Part shown: positions 10,797 through 21,137 of the stretch, one piece after another
Layout of the letters: each line of letters starts with the position of its first letter
How positions within the stretch are numbered: the stretch's first letter is position 1
Assembly: GCA_965226885.1 (NCBI GenBank)
Contig: CBDDEL010000012.1
Span: 128,001-192,000 of the forward strand
Origin: Opitutales bacterium
GTDB lineage: Bacteria; Verrucomicrobiota; Verrucomicrobiia; Opitutales; UBA2987
Reading direction: 5' to 3'
DNA: 64,000 bases
Made by a program: the position numbers and the translations under genes
Notes under the pieces: model-generated
Told to the model about the DNA's origin: nothing
Seen by the model: the letters and a program-made list of their open reading frames with translations, nothing else
Databases searched by the model: none

Positions 10797-12278
10797 CTAG
10801 GCCGCCGCTTTGGTTTTTAGTTCGTCTTGCTGGGCCAGCATCTTGGCTACTTTCCATAGGTTGTGCGAGAGTACCGACCAGGCTACGCTGATCGAGCGGT
10901 TGGCAAAGCCTTTGCTGCGCAACCGCCCGGCCTGCCAGCGATTCTTCAATACCCCGATCCGCCCTTCGGTGCTGGCCCGGCGCTTTTGCAATTGTCTGAA
11001 CAGTGGTTCCTCCATCCGTTTTTTCAACTGCTTCGGATCGCGTGGACAGAGCGCGTCGTAGATTCCCTCCTGGGCTAACTGCCGGCGGGCCCGCTGGGAG
11101 GCAAATCCCCGGTCCGCGCACATGGCCGCTATGGGTTCTTCCAGGTTGAAGCGGTTCTGTCTTTGCAAACTCTCTTGCATTTGTTCATTTTCGCTTGGAG
11201 TTCGGCTGCCGTAGAGTTTCCAGTCCAGCAGGTACCCTTCAACGCTTTCTCCCAAAAACAGGGTGTTGCCGAACTCGACCTCTTGGCCCGCTTTACCTCG
11301 CACAATCACCTGCCCATCGAGTTCGTAAACACTCAAGACTTTCTCTGCGTTTTTCACCTGGCGGCCGCCAATGATCCGCTCGTGCGCCTGTTTGATGACC
11401 ACCGGGATTTGCTCGCTCATGCGCTCCATCCGGGCGAGGATCTGTTGGACCTGTTTTTCGCTGTAATCGCTTTGCTCCCAGCAGGCTTGCAATAATTCCC
11501 GGTGACTGCGGGCATGCTCCCCGATCCGTTTGAGCAGCTTTTTCATCTGCCTCAAGATACCCTTGCGCTGCCGCGCGCTGTCCTTTCGCCGCCGGCTGTG
11601 GGTCATCTGTATGCACAGCCGATTCATCTGCCGAGCCAAGGGCTCCGGTTCGATCGGCATGCGATGGCGCACACCGGCCTTCTCGCGGATCAGCCGGATC
11701 GCTTTGAGCAACGTGCCGGCTACATCCTTGAGTAATACCCAGTCCGTCGGCCAATGAATGTTAGCCTCCAAACAGGTGCCGTCGATCAGGCAAATGGTGG
11801 TGTCAATCGGCTTGTCCAATCCCACCTGCCGGGCCAGAAGGGCATCGGCCACCACCTCAGTCAAGGTCCGGTGCAAGGCCCTCAACTGCTCTTCGCTGAA
11901 AAACTTCGAGGCCCGCTCCAGGGTGCTTTTGGAGATGCCCCTGATGCCATCGATCTGCCGGACACGGCAAAAGTCGGCCAACAGATCGCTGCTGCCCAGA
12001 GCCCGCGACAAATGCCGAAACGAAATCCCTCCGAGCAGACGGCCCAGCGTATCCATGCGCAGTGCCTTGATGGCAAAACTGGCCCGCTGCCGCCGGGCCT
12101 TTAGACCCATTGGCGGCCACCCCTCCAAGGCCAGCTCAATGGCCTGCGATTCCACCTCCGAGTCGATCAGCAGCCGATCGATTCGATCAATGGTGGCGCG
12201 GAAGTTATCGTAATCGAGGCACCGGTCGACCACAGTTAAAGCTGGACGCAGGAGGCATTGGATGGCTATATTTTTCAT
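10797..12278 (-). CDS. DDE transposase (493 aa), copy 2
   Basis: Near-identical to 3776..5257. Confidence 0.9.
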   Translation of the reverse strand: MKNIAIQCLLRPALTVVDRCLDYDNFRATIDRIDRLLIDSEVESQAIELALEGWPPMGLKARRQRASFAIKALRMDTLGRLLGGISFRHLSRALGSSDLLADFCRVRQIDGIRGISKSTLERASKFFSEEQLRALHRTLTEVVADALLARQVGLDKPIDTTICLIDGTCLEANIHWPTDWVLLKDVAGTLLKAIRLIREKAGVRHRMPIEPEPLARQMNRLCIQMTHSRRRKDSARQRKGILRQMKKLLKRIGEHARSHRELLQACWEQSDYSEKQVQQILARMERMSEQIPVVIKQAHERIIGGRQVKNAEKVLSVYELDGQVIVRGKAGQEVEFGNTLFLGESVEGYLLDWKLYGSRTPSENEQMQESLQRQNRFNLEEPIAAMCADRGFASQRARRQLAQEGIYDALCPRDPKQLKKRMEEPLFRQLQKRRASTEGRIGVLKNRWQAGRLRSKGFANRSISVAWSVLSHNLWKVAKMLAQQDELKTKAAA

Positions 12279-12305
12279 AGAAAGGGCTATATTGATTTTC
12301 GCTAA

Positions 12306-13872
12306 CCCGGATATTTCGTAAAAAAAGTATCGTTGATATGCTTAACTGCTGATATACAGCAGGATAGATCAATAATTAAAGCAATATCAGCGATGACAAA
12401 AGGTAAACAATTAAAGCTACAGTTGACAAGGGTAAAAGGCCGCCGTGTGCGGGTTGATTTCAAGGGCGGAGAGGTTACTTCGGATGCCGGACTGCTTTTG
12501 ATCCGGGAAGTGGATCGGCAGTTGGGCTTGACCGAACGAGCGGCCCGACAGTTAGTGGACAAACGGCAGAAGGGCAAAGTACGCCATGAGGTCTTGGGGA
12601 TGCTGCGGCAGCGCGTTTACGGGCTGGTGGCGGGCTATGAGGATTTGAACGACTTTGATACCCTGCGCCACGATCCATTGTTGCAAACGGTAACGGGGCG
12701 CATTGAAACGTTGGCCAGCGCGCCGACTTTGTGTCGTTTTGAAAACGGGCAGGATCGGCGGGCGGCCTTTGCGGTAAACGAGCTGTTGGTCGAACAGTTC
12801 ATGGGCTCCTTTGCCGAGGAACCCGAAGAGATCATCCTGGACTTTGACGCCACCGACAATCCGGTGCACGGGCTCCAGGAGGGACGTTTTTTCCACGGTT
12901 ATTATGATCATTACTGTTTTCTGCCGCTATATGTTTTTTGCGGTGATCAGCTGCTGGTGGCCTACCTGCGGCCGAGCAAGATCGATGCCAGCAAGCATGC
13001 CGGGGCCATCCTCAAATTGCTGGTTAAACGGATTCGCCAAAGCTGGCCCCGTACGCGGATTATTTGGCGCGCCGACAGTGGATTTTGTCGAGACCGGATA
13101 CTCTCTTGGTGCGACCGCAACGAAGTTAGTTACATCGTGGGGATGGCTCGCAATGCACGCTTGCAGCAAGACGCCCAGCAGTTGCAAAAGCAGGCCAAAG
13201 AATGGTTCGAACTAAGGGGTAAAAAACAACGGTTATTCCAGGACTTCGTCTATGCTGCCGATTCGTGGCGATGGCTGCGGTTGGTCATCCATAAAGCCGA
13301 ACACACCGCACAGGGGTCCAACCCGCGCTTCGTGGTGACGAACCTGCCGGGCGATCCCCAGGAGCTTTACGACAAGGTATACTGTGGCCGCGGTGAAATG
13401 GAGAACCGAATCAAGGAACAGATGCAATTGTTCAGCGAGCGCACCAGCGCCCATCAATGGTGGGCCAATCAGTGGCGATTGCTCTTGTCGGCGCTGGCCT
13501 ACACCTTGATGGAAGCCATGCGCCGGTTAGCCTTAAAAGGGACGAAGTGGCCGCGGGCCCAATGCCACACCCTGCGGCTCAAATTAATCAAGATCGGAGC
13601 GGTCATCGTGCGCAACACCCGAACGATTCACTTTCACCTAAGTGAGAGTTATCCTTGGGCCAGTCTTTTCAACCATGCGCCCCGCCGATTGGTGCCAACC
13701 TAAAGGGTGCATTGGTGCTGCCCCCGGCACTACCGAACCAATGGGGGAAAGGGGGCAGTGTCTCTACACCCTGAAAAACACCTAAAAATCAAGACGATCT
13801 GCTCAAAATACAAAGAAATCCATCTCCAATAGCAATAACGAGCCAAACTTTACCCTTCATGAAATATCCGGG
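12306..13872 (+). mobile_element. IS1380-family element type A, copy 1 (nested)
   Basis: IR cccggatatttc; 4-bp TSD ctaa. Confidence 0.92.
12393..13703 (+). CDS. IS1380-family transposase
   Basis: FKGGEVTSDAGLLL, AGYEDLND, LDFDATD, RADSGF, RGEMENRIKE. Confidence 0.92.
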   Translation: MTKGKQLKLQLTRVKGRRVRVDFKGGEVTSDAGLLLIREVDRQLGLTERAARQLVDKRQKGKVRHEVLGMLRQRVYGLVAGYEDLNDFDTLRHDPLLQTVTGRIETLASAPTLCRFENGQDRRAAFAVNELLVEQFMGSFAEEPEEIILDFDATDNPVHGLQEGRFFHGYYDHYCFLPLYVFCGDQLLVAYLRPSKIDASKHAGAILKLLVKRIRQSWPRTRIIWRADSGFCRDRILSWCDRNEVSYIVGMARNARLQQDAQQLQKQAKEWFELRGKKQRLFQDFVYAADSWRWLRLVIHKAEHTAQGSNPRFVVTNLPGDPQELYDKVYCGRGEMENRIKEQMQLFSERTSAHQWWANQWRLLLSALAYTLMEAMRRLALKGTKWPRAQCHTLRLKLIKIGAVIVRNTRTIHFHLSESYPWASLFNHAPRRLVPT

Positions 13873-14140
13873 CTAACTCAATTATAGAACCCTTTTTTGG
13901 CCGGATCGAGCAAAAACTTGCTCTTTCCGGCTCTTTTTATCAACGTCATCCAGTTGACTATAAAATCTTTATATTTTTGGGACAGCCTCTAGAATAGGAG
14001 CCCCTCCATCTTGGTCGCGCATCACTTCTGGTTGCCTGAAAGTTACTCCATCTGAAGTGGACGGGGTTGTTTGGACAATTTTGACGTGGGATTAAGGTGG
14101 AAATCGTGTTCATATTATTTTTTAAAAATATATTTTGTCC

Positions 14141-15040
14141 TTAGCCAAAGACGGGCACGCAGGTGCCCGCAAGCTGTATTGGCGGGGAGGTTGGTTTTGC
14201 TCCGATTGCATGGACTTCGGCCGGGGTCCGGTAGCCCAGGGCTTGGTGGGGGCGCAGGTGGTTGTAGAAGTCCAGGTAGCGGGCTATCCCTTCGCTGGCT
14301 TCCTTTGCCGTGGCGTATTCGCGCAGGTAAATGTCTTCATACTTGAGGGTTCTCCAAAAGCGTTCAACAAATATGTTGTCCAGGTAGCGGCCACGCCCGT
14401 CCATGCTGATGCGCACCCCGGCTTGCCCCAGCACCGAGGTGAACTCGCTGCCGGTAAACTGGCTGCCTTGATCGGTGTTGAAGATTTGAGGTTGGGCCCG
14501 CCTCAGAGCTTCCTCCAGGGCGAGCACACAGAAGCGGCTCTCCAGGGTGTTGGAAAGCTGCCAGCTCAACACGTAGCGGCTGAACCAGTCCAACACCACG
14601 GTCAAGAAAAGGAATCCTCGGCTCAGCCGCAGGTAAGTGATGTCGCTGCACCATACCTGGTCGGGCCGCTCGACCGCCAAACCCCGCAGCAGATAAGGGA
14701 AAATGCGGTGCTGCCGGTGCCCCTGGCTCAAGTTTCGACGCGGATAAATAGCCTCCAGGCCCATTTGGCGCATGAGCCGCTGGATGCGGCCTCGTCCCAC
14801 TGCATGGCCCTCTCGACGCAGCCACTGGGTCATCCGGCGAGAACCAAAAAACGGATATTGGGTGTAGAGCTCATCCATGCGATGCATGTAGAGAACGGTT
14901 CTGCTCGCACTGGGCACGGGCCCGATAGTAATAGCTGCCGCGGGCCAGCCCCAGCAACTGACATTGCCTGCCGATACTGATTTTTCCTTGAAGTGGTTGC
15001 ACCATCTTGCGCCTCTCACCAACCGAATTGTTCAGACTTT
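14141..15040 (-). pseudogene. IS3 OrfB integrase core, with an extra 1-bp frameshift near 14895
   Basis: WCSDITY, TDQGSQF, DNIFVERFWRTLKYE; the N-terminal ISIGRQCQLLGLARGSYYY lies in another frame. Confidence 0.8.
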
Positions 15041-15321
15041 TTTTTTAGCCAATCGCATTCTACTTTCAGCTTTCCAATCTCCTGGTAAAGGTGATCTTTT
15101 TCCGTCTCGTTGTCCTTGCTGAGAGTCTGCCGCTGGCGCGAAAACAGCTCCGTTGCTCCCTGCAAAAGCTGCTTCTTCCATTGGGTCACCTGGTTGGGAT
15201 GCACCTCAAAACGACCGGCGATCTCGTTGATGGTATGAGCGCCCCTGATGGCTTCCAGGGCCACTCGGGCTTTAAACTCAGCACTGTATTGTCTTCTCTT
15301 TCGTGATTTAATAACATTCAT
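15016..15321 (-). CDS. IS3 OrfA (HTH)
   Basis: RRQYSAEFKARVALEA...VHPNQVTQWKK; A9 run near the 3' end. Confidence 0.88.
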   Translation of the reverse strand: MNVIKSRKRRQYSAEFKARVALEAIRGAHTINEIAGRFEVHPNQVTQWKKQLLQGATELFSRQRQTLSKDNETEKDHLYQEIGKLKVECDWLKKKSEQFGW

Positions 15322-16113
15322 AGGTTAGCGGATTTAGTGGTTCAAGACCACCTTATTCCACTGTCCAGTTTTCCCCGTCCATTTCAATCATCATCGCTAA
15401 CACTATACCACACTTGCCCAAGGCGTGTGCGGAGAGAGATAAATAGGTAGTGTATAAAAAAAGAATGTTATTTTGTATTTTTAGCTGTACAAATAGCGTT
15501 AGGCAATTTATTCTTAGTGCATGGTTACTAAAATTATTAATTGTCGGCACTGTGGAAGTGAAAATATCATTAAATTTGGCAAGACGCCCAACCATAAACA
15601 GCGCTACCGCTGCCATGATTGTGGTAAACAAAGCCGCGAAAACCCCACAGTGAAATACACCGAAGAGCAAAAAGAAATGATCCTTCGAGTCTATCAGGAA
15701 CGCAGCAGTCTACGCGGTTTACAGCGCGCCTTCGGGGTGAGTCCCAACACCGTTTTGAGTTGGTTAAAAAAAACGACAATCGCTGCGACCGCTCAAAAGC
15801 ACGATTCTTGCGGCCCGCCGCCATGATGTCATTGAACTGGACGAACTGTGGTCTTTTGTGGGGCGCAAGAGCGATGCCCAATGGGTTTGGATCGCTCTTT
15901 GCCGACGCACCCGTCAAATCCTCTCCTATGCCATTGGGCCTCGGGATTGGTATCGTTGCCGGGAACTTTACGAGCGTCTTGCCACGGGCCTACAAAAGAA
16001 GTGCCACCTACAGCGACTTTTGGAGCACTTATGATGAAGTCTTTCCTCATAACCGATCTGACGTGTACTGGATTTGTTGGACACGGGATTCTCTTATATT
16101 CATTGTTTATTGA

Positions 16114-17040
16114 TTAGTGTGTCAGGCGGCTTGTTTTGGTAAAGGGTTTTGTTTTCTCGTTGCCCCCCAGGGGGGGCAAATATTTTCCCTCGAATTGGAC
16201 TGGGCTTTGGTAACTCAGAGAGGAATGTTTGCGATATCGGTTGTAGAAGATTTCCACGTATTCGAAGACAGTTGATCGCAGTTCGCGCTCGTCGGCAAAG
16301 TGGCGGCCTCGAATCGTGCTGGTCTTGAAGCGGCCGTAGAACGATTCCATGGCCGCGTTGTCGTAGCAGTTGCCTTGGGCGCTCATGCTCGGCTTCATGC
16401 CTAGTTCAGAGACCAGCCTCTGATAGTCGTCGCTGGCGTAGGGGCTGCCCCGATCGCTGTGATGAATAATCCCGGTGCGCAGTGTGCCGCGGGTCATGGC
16501 CGCGGCTTTGAGGGCCTTGCCAACCAGCTTCGCGTCGTTGTGGTTGGAAACGCTCCAGCCCAGCAGGCGTCGGCTGAACAGGTCCATCACCGTGGCCAAG
16601 TACATCCAACCGGCCAGGGTCCGTAGGTAGGTCGTGTCCGCCACCCAGACCTCGTCGATATGGGTCGGCTGGCCATGCTTTTTAAGCACATTGGGGCTGT
16701 AACCATAGGGATGGTTACTGTTGGTTTTTAATGGCTTAAAGCGTTTACTCTGGGTGCTTTTGATTCCCATTTCACGCATCAGACGCAGAGCCCGGTCACG
16801 GCCGCAATCGATGCCCTCATCATCCTTCAGATGGCGGTGCATTGGCCGATGCCCATAGCGGCCCTTGGCCTCTTTGTGTACCTTCAGGATCGCCCCCTTG
16901 ATTCCCTCGTCCTCGATCCGCCGGGCCGAGGGCGCTCGGTGCCTCCAGCAGTAATAGCCACTGCGACAAATCCCCATCGCCGAGCATATTTCCTCGATCT
17001 TGAAGCGCCCCTCGTTGTCTTTGACAAACTGGTACTTCAT
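16114..17040 (-). CDS. IS3 OrfB (DDE integrase core)
   Basis: WVADTTY, HHSDRGS, CYDNAAMESF; ATGA overlap with OrfA. Confidence 0.88.
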   Translation of the reverse strand: MKYQFVKDNEGRFKIEEICSAMGICRSGYYCWRHRAPSARRIEDEGIKGAILKVHKEAKGRYGHRPMHRHLKDDEGIDCGRDRALRLMREMGIKSTQSKRFKPLKTNSNHPYGYSPNVLKKHGQPTHIDEVWVADTTYLRTLAGWMYLATVMDLFSRRLLGWSVSNHNDAKLVGKALKAAAMTRGTLRTGIIHHSDRGSPYASDDYQRLVSELGMKPSMSAQGNCYDNAAMESFYGRFKTSTIRGRHFADERELRSTVFEYVEIFYNRYRKHSSLSYQSPVQFEGKYLPPLGGNEKTKPFTKTSRLTH

Positions 17041-17333
17041 TGTTCGTCCTTGGCAAAGTAGCCCACCGTTTTTTTTAGTATCTGGTTGATCCGCTCCGAG
17101 CGGCGCAGCTCTTTGCGAAGACGATCTATCTCGGCCGCCATCTCCTTCGGACTGCTCTGTCGCTTTGAGGTGGCTTCGCCCTGCTGATCGTCCAGATAGA
17201 GCCTCTTCCACCTATACAATTGGTTGGTGTTGACCCCAAGTTTGGTCGATACCTCGGTGGCGCTCAGACCATCGAGTATCATCAGTTGAACTGCCTCATT
17301 TTTGAACTCTATACTAAAGCGTCTTCTTCCCAT
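17037..17333 (-). CDS. IS3 OrfA
   Basis: RRRFSIEFKNEAV...LGVNTNQLYRW...ILKKTVGYFAK. Confidence 0.85.
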   Translation of the reverse strand: MGRRRFSIEFKNEAVQLMILDGLSATEVSTKLGVNTNQLYRWKRLYLDDQQGEATSKRQSSPKEMAAEIDRLRKELRRSERINQILKKTVGYFAKDEQ

Positions 17334-18341
17334 GCTTCGATTCTCCATTTAGGAGAATCTCGTGTCCACTTTTTCCAGTGCACATCAATCCGTGGGAAAA
17401 GAAACCGGTGAAACGGCCCATGTGGAACGATGGAACAATACCCTGCGCCAACGACTGGGTCGTTTCACACGCAAAACCCTCTCCTTTTCCAAGCTTAAGA
17501 GTATGCATGAAACCTGTCTGAGACTTTTCATTCATCAATATAATCAAGAATTAGCCACCATTCCTACTTAATACACTACCGATAAATATACGACCGTCTG
17601 GAAGCGGAATCGGATTCGACTCGTTCGCCCATTTCAACCCGGGCATATTGGAAGGTACAGTCCAGAGCCTCGCCTTTACCTTCGGGAAGCCAAGTTATCT
17701 GCAAGTCTGACGGATCAGGGCCTTCGGCGATATTCTCAAATCGGATAACCTCGCTCTGGCACCATTCTTTAGGCCTTTCCTCGGAAGCTAGTTTGCTGTC
17801 GAACCGGGTAAAGGGAAAGAGTGCCCGCCCTTGGGCGTCCCATTCGACCTGCCGCCAGCCAAGCCAGGCGACCGGTATATTGGGATCGGGATGGTCTATC
17901 GATCGTCGTTTCATCGGTAGTAGCACTTCGGAGCCCCAGCTGCGTCCGTCGTCGTCTGAAACCCGGCAGGCCAAGTGGGCCATGCGGGTACTGGGCGCCG
18001 GTACATATTTACAGTAAAAAAGGTAAATGCGACCCGACGGGATGATTACGGGCACTTGCCATCCCGCTCTGTCTCCCTTGCTGCCAGCAATTAGCATAGG
18101 TTGGGTCCCCAGCTTTTGCCACCGTCATTGCTTCGGCTGGAAAATAGTCTAAGAATCCATGACTTGAATGGCCCGTGTCCGGTCCACGTAGCAAGCAGAT
18201 CCCCGTTTCTTGTAGCGACAATAATTGTCTGTTCGTTGAGAACCGTGAAATCCTCATCGTCCCATCGTGGATTTCCGTCCGGAGCCGGATGATACACCAC
18301 ATAGTCCGGGCATGTTCTGCGCCACTCCTCCGCGTAGGGGA

Positions 18342-18411
18342 GCGGGCCTTCTTGGGTACTGGCTCGAAATGTAGACGCGGGCCTTCTTGGGTACTGGCTC
18401 GAAATGTAGAC
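18342..18411. repeat. Perfect 35-bp tandem duplication
   Basis: gcgggccttcttgggtactggctcgaaatgtagac x2. Confidence 0.95.
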
Positions 18412-18419
18412 ATTAGTTA

Positions 18420-20252
18420 GAGGCTGTCCCAAAAATATAAAGATTTTATAGTCAACTGGATGACGTTGATAAAAAGAGCCGGAAAGAGCAAGTTTTTGCT
18501 CGATCCGGCCAAAAAAGGGTTCTATAATTGAGTTAGCGAAAATCAATATAGCCCTTTCTATGATCTATGAAAAATATAGCCATCCAATGCCTCCTGCGTC
18601 CAGCTTTAACTGTGGTCGACCGGTGCCTCGATTACGATAACTTCCGCGCCACCATTGATCGAATCGATCGGCTGCTGATCGACTCGGAGGTGGAATCGCA
18701 GGCCATTGAGCTGGCCTTGGAGGGGTGGCCGCCAATGGGTCTAAAGGCCCGGCGGCAGCGGGCCAGTTTTGCCATCAAGGCACTGCGCATGGATACGCTG
18801 GGCCGTCTGCTCGGAGGGATTTCGTTTCGGCATTTGTCGCGGGCTCTGGGCAGCAGCGATCTGTTGGCCGACTTTTGCCGTGTCCGGCAGATCGATGGCA
18901 TCAGGGGCATCTCCAAAAGCACCCTGGAGCGGGCCTCGAAGTTTTTCAGCGAAGAGCAGTTGAGGGCCTTGCACCGGACCTTGACTGAGGTGGTGGGCGA
19001 TGCCCTTCTGGCCCGGCAGGTGGGATTGGACAAGCCGATTGACACCACCATTTGCCTGATCGACGGCACCTGTTTGGAGGCTAACATTCATTGGCCGACG
19101 GACTGGGTATTACTCAAGGATGTAGCCGGCACGTTGCTCAAAGCGATCCGGCTGATCCGCGAGAAGGCCGGTGTGCGCCATCGCATGCCGATCGAACCGG
19201 AGCCCTTGGCTCGGCAGATGAATCGGCTGTGCATACAGATGACCCACAGCCGGCGGCGAAAGGACAGCGCGCGGCAGCGCAAGGGTATCTTGAGGCAGAT
19301 GAAAAAGCTGCTCAAACGGATCGGGGAGCATGCCCGCAGTCACCGGGAATTATTGCAAGCCTGCTGGGAGCAAAGCGATTACAGCGAAAAACAGGTCCAA
19401 CAGATCCTCGCCCGGATGGAGCGCATGAGCGAGCAAATCCCGGTGGTCATCAAACAGGCGCACGAGCGGATCATTGGCGGCCGCCAGGTGAAAAACGCAG
19501 AGAAAGTCTTGAGTGTTTACGAACTCGATGGGCAGGTGATTGTGCGAGGTAAAGCGGGCCAAGAGGTCGAGTTCGGCAACACCCTGTTTTTGGGAGAAAG
19601 CGTTGAAGGGTACCTGCTGGACTGGAAACTCTACGGCAGCCGAACTCCAAGCGAAAATGAACAAATGCAAGAGAGTTTGCAAAGACAGAACCGCTTCAAC
19701 CTGGAAGAACCCATAGCGGCCATGTGCGCGGACCGGGGATTTGCCTCCCAGCGGGCCCGCCGGCAGTTAGCCCAGGAGGGAATCTACGACGCGCTCTGTC
19801 CACGCGATCCGAAGCAGTTGAAAAAACGGATGGAGGAACCACTGTTCAGACAATTGCAAAAGCGCCGGGCCAGCACCGAAGGGCGGATCGGGGGGATCGG
19901 GGTATTGAAGAATCGCTGGCAGGCCGGGCGGTTGCGCAGCAAAGGCTTTGCCAACCGCTCGATCAGCGTAGCCTGGTCGGTACTCTCGCACAACCTATGG
20001 AAAGTAGCCAAGATGCTGGCCCAGCAAGACGAACTAAAAACCAAAGCGGCGGCCTAGAGAGCGGAAAAGCAAGGACAATACTTTTTCACAGCCGTACTGT
20101 CGGCTCATACAAAGAAAACCAGGCAACCGGACCCCAAAACCAGTATCCTAACGTCATAGGAGAGCAAAGTTGATACTCTCCCAAATGCAAATACCTCTAA
20201 AATGAGCGCCTATCAAAAGCCCTCGCAAAAATCACCCTTTTGGGACAGCCTC
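18420..20252 (+). mobile_element. ISNCY/IS5-like IS copy 3 (1833 bp)
   Basis: IRs; carries private 7-bp and 9-bp duplications; flanks tagtta / taaacta do not match. Confidence 0.9.
18567..20057 (+). CDS. DDE transposase copy 3 (496 aa, GIG insertion next to the predicted catalytic E)
   Basis: EGRIGGIGVLK vs EGRIGVLK in other copies. Confidence 0.88.
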   Translation: MKNIAIQCLLRPALTVVDRCLDYDNFRATIDRIDRLLIDSEVESQAIELALEGWPPMGLKARRQRASFAIKALRMDTLGRLLGGISFRHLSRALGSSDLLADFCRVRQIDGIRGISKSTLERASKFFSEEQLRALHRTLTEVVGDALLARQVGLDKPIDTTICLIDGTCLEANIHWPTDWVLLKDVAGTLLKAIRLIREKAGVRHRMPIEPEPLARQMNRLCIQMTHSRRRKDSARQRKGILRQMKKLLKRIGEHARSHRELLQACWEQSDYSEKQVQQILARMERMSEQIPVVIKQAHERIIGGRQVKNAEKVLSVYELDGQVIVRGKAGQEVEFGNTLFLGESVEGYLLDWKLYGSRTPSENEQMQESLQRQNRFNLEEPIAAMCADRGFASQRARRQLAQEGIYDALCPRDPKQLKKRMEEPLFRQLQKRRASTEGRIGGIGVLKNRWQAGRLRSKGFANRSISVAWSVLSHNLWKVAKMLAQQDELKTKAAA

Positions 20253-20277
20253 TAAACTACAGAACTATTTCAAATGA

Positions 20278-21079
20278 GGTAGTGTATAAAAAAAGAATGT
20301 TATTTTGTATTTTTAGCTGTACAAATAGCGTTAGGCAGTTTATTCTTAGTGCATGGTTACTAAAATTATTAATTGTCGGCACTGTGGAAGTGAAAATATC
20401 ATTAAATTTGGCAAGACGCCCAACCATAAACAGCGCTACCGCTGCCATGATTGTGGTAAACAAAGCCGCGAAAACCCCACAGTGAAATACACCGAAGAGC
20501 AAAAAGAAATGATCCTTCGAGTCTATCAGGAACGCAGCAGTCTACGCGGTTTACAGCGCGCCTTCGGGGTGAGTCCCAACACCGTTTTGAGTTGGTTAAA
20601 AAAAACGACAATCGCTGCGACCGCTCAAAAGCACGATTCTTGCGGCCCGCCGCCATGATGTCATTGAACTGGACGAACTGTGGTCTTTTGTGGGGCGCAA
20701 GAGCGATGCCCAATGGGTTTGGATCGCTCTTTGCCGACGCACCCGTCAAATCCTCTCCTATGCCATTGGGCCTCGGGATTGGTATCGTTGCCGGGAACTT
20801 TACGAGCGTCTGCCACGGGCCTACAAAAGATGTGCCACCTACAGCGACTTTTGGAGCACTTATGATGAAGTCTTTCCTCATAACCGATCCGTGGGAAAAG
20901 AAACCGGTGAAACGGCCCATGTGGAACGATGGAACAATACCCTGCGCCAACGACTGGGTCGTTTCACACGCAAAACCCTCTCCTTTTCCAAGCTTAAGAG
21001 TATGCATGAAACCTGTCTGAGACTTTTCATTCATCAATATAATCAAGAATTAGCCACCATTCCTACTTAATACACTACC
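20278..21079 (+). mobile_element. IS1-family element copy 2 (802 bp, apparently intact)
   Basis: IRs; InsA 20353..20658 (CRHC..CHDC zinc finger); InsB IELDELWSFVG...[11 protein letters not shown] to 21070; no TSD. Confidence 0.9.
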
Positions 21080-21137
21080 CAAGAAAAGGCTAAAGCCGTT
21101 CAGAATCCAGACAGACAGTTGCAAATTTCAGACATCC

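Larger units (their letters stand above)
10602..13989 (-). mobile_element. ISNCY/IS5-like IS copy 2, carrying a nested IS1380
   Basis: IRs; perfect 7-bp TSD tagaata (10595-10601 / 13990-13996); length = 1817+1567+4. Confidence 0.92.
14053..15386 (-). mobile_element. IS3-family element type A
   Basis: TG...CA ends with IR tgaagtggacgggg / ccccgtccatttca; 3-bp TSD atc. Confidence 0.9.
16059..17387 (-). mobile_element. IS3-family element type B (nested in IS1)
   Basis: IRs tgacgtgtactgga / tccagtgcacatca; 3-bp TSD atc. Confidence 0.92.
15446..17580 (+). mobile_element. IS1-family element copy 1, interrupted by a nested IS3
   Basis: IR ggtagtgtat; 8-bp TSD gataaata; InsA 15521..15826; InsB also has a +1 insertion near 15980. 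Confidence 0.9.
10214..18413 (-). pseudogene. BNR/sialidase-family gene split into four segments by IS insertions (18413-17581, 15445-15387, 14052-13990, 10601-10214)
   Basis: Removing the ISs and one TSD each gives continuous ...LPDGRIFISLRTRLGQVWYSVSDDDGVTFRQPEVMRDQDGGAPILNPSDNAPLYRLSDGRYLLFYHDNDG...; two further frameshifts near 17662 and 18100. Confidence 0.9.

Noticed and set aside
18342..18411. 35-bp repeat as a CRISPR repeat
   Set aside because: Two abutting copies with no spacer, inside coding sequence, and no cas genes.
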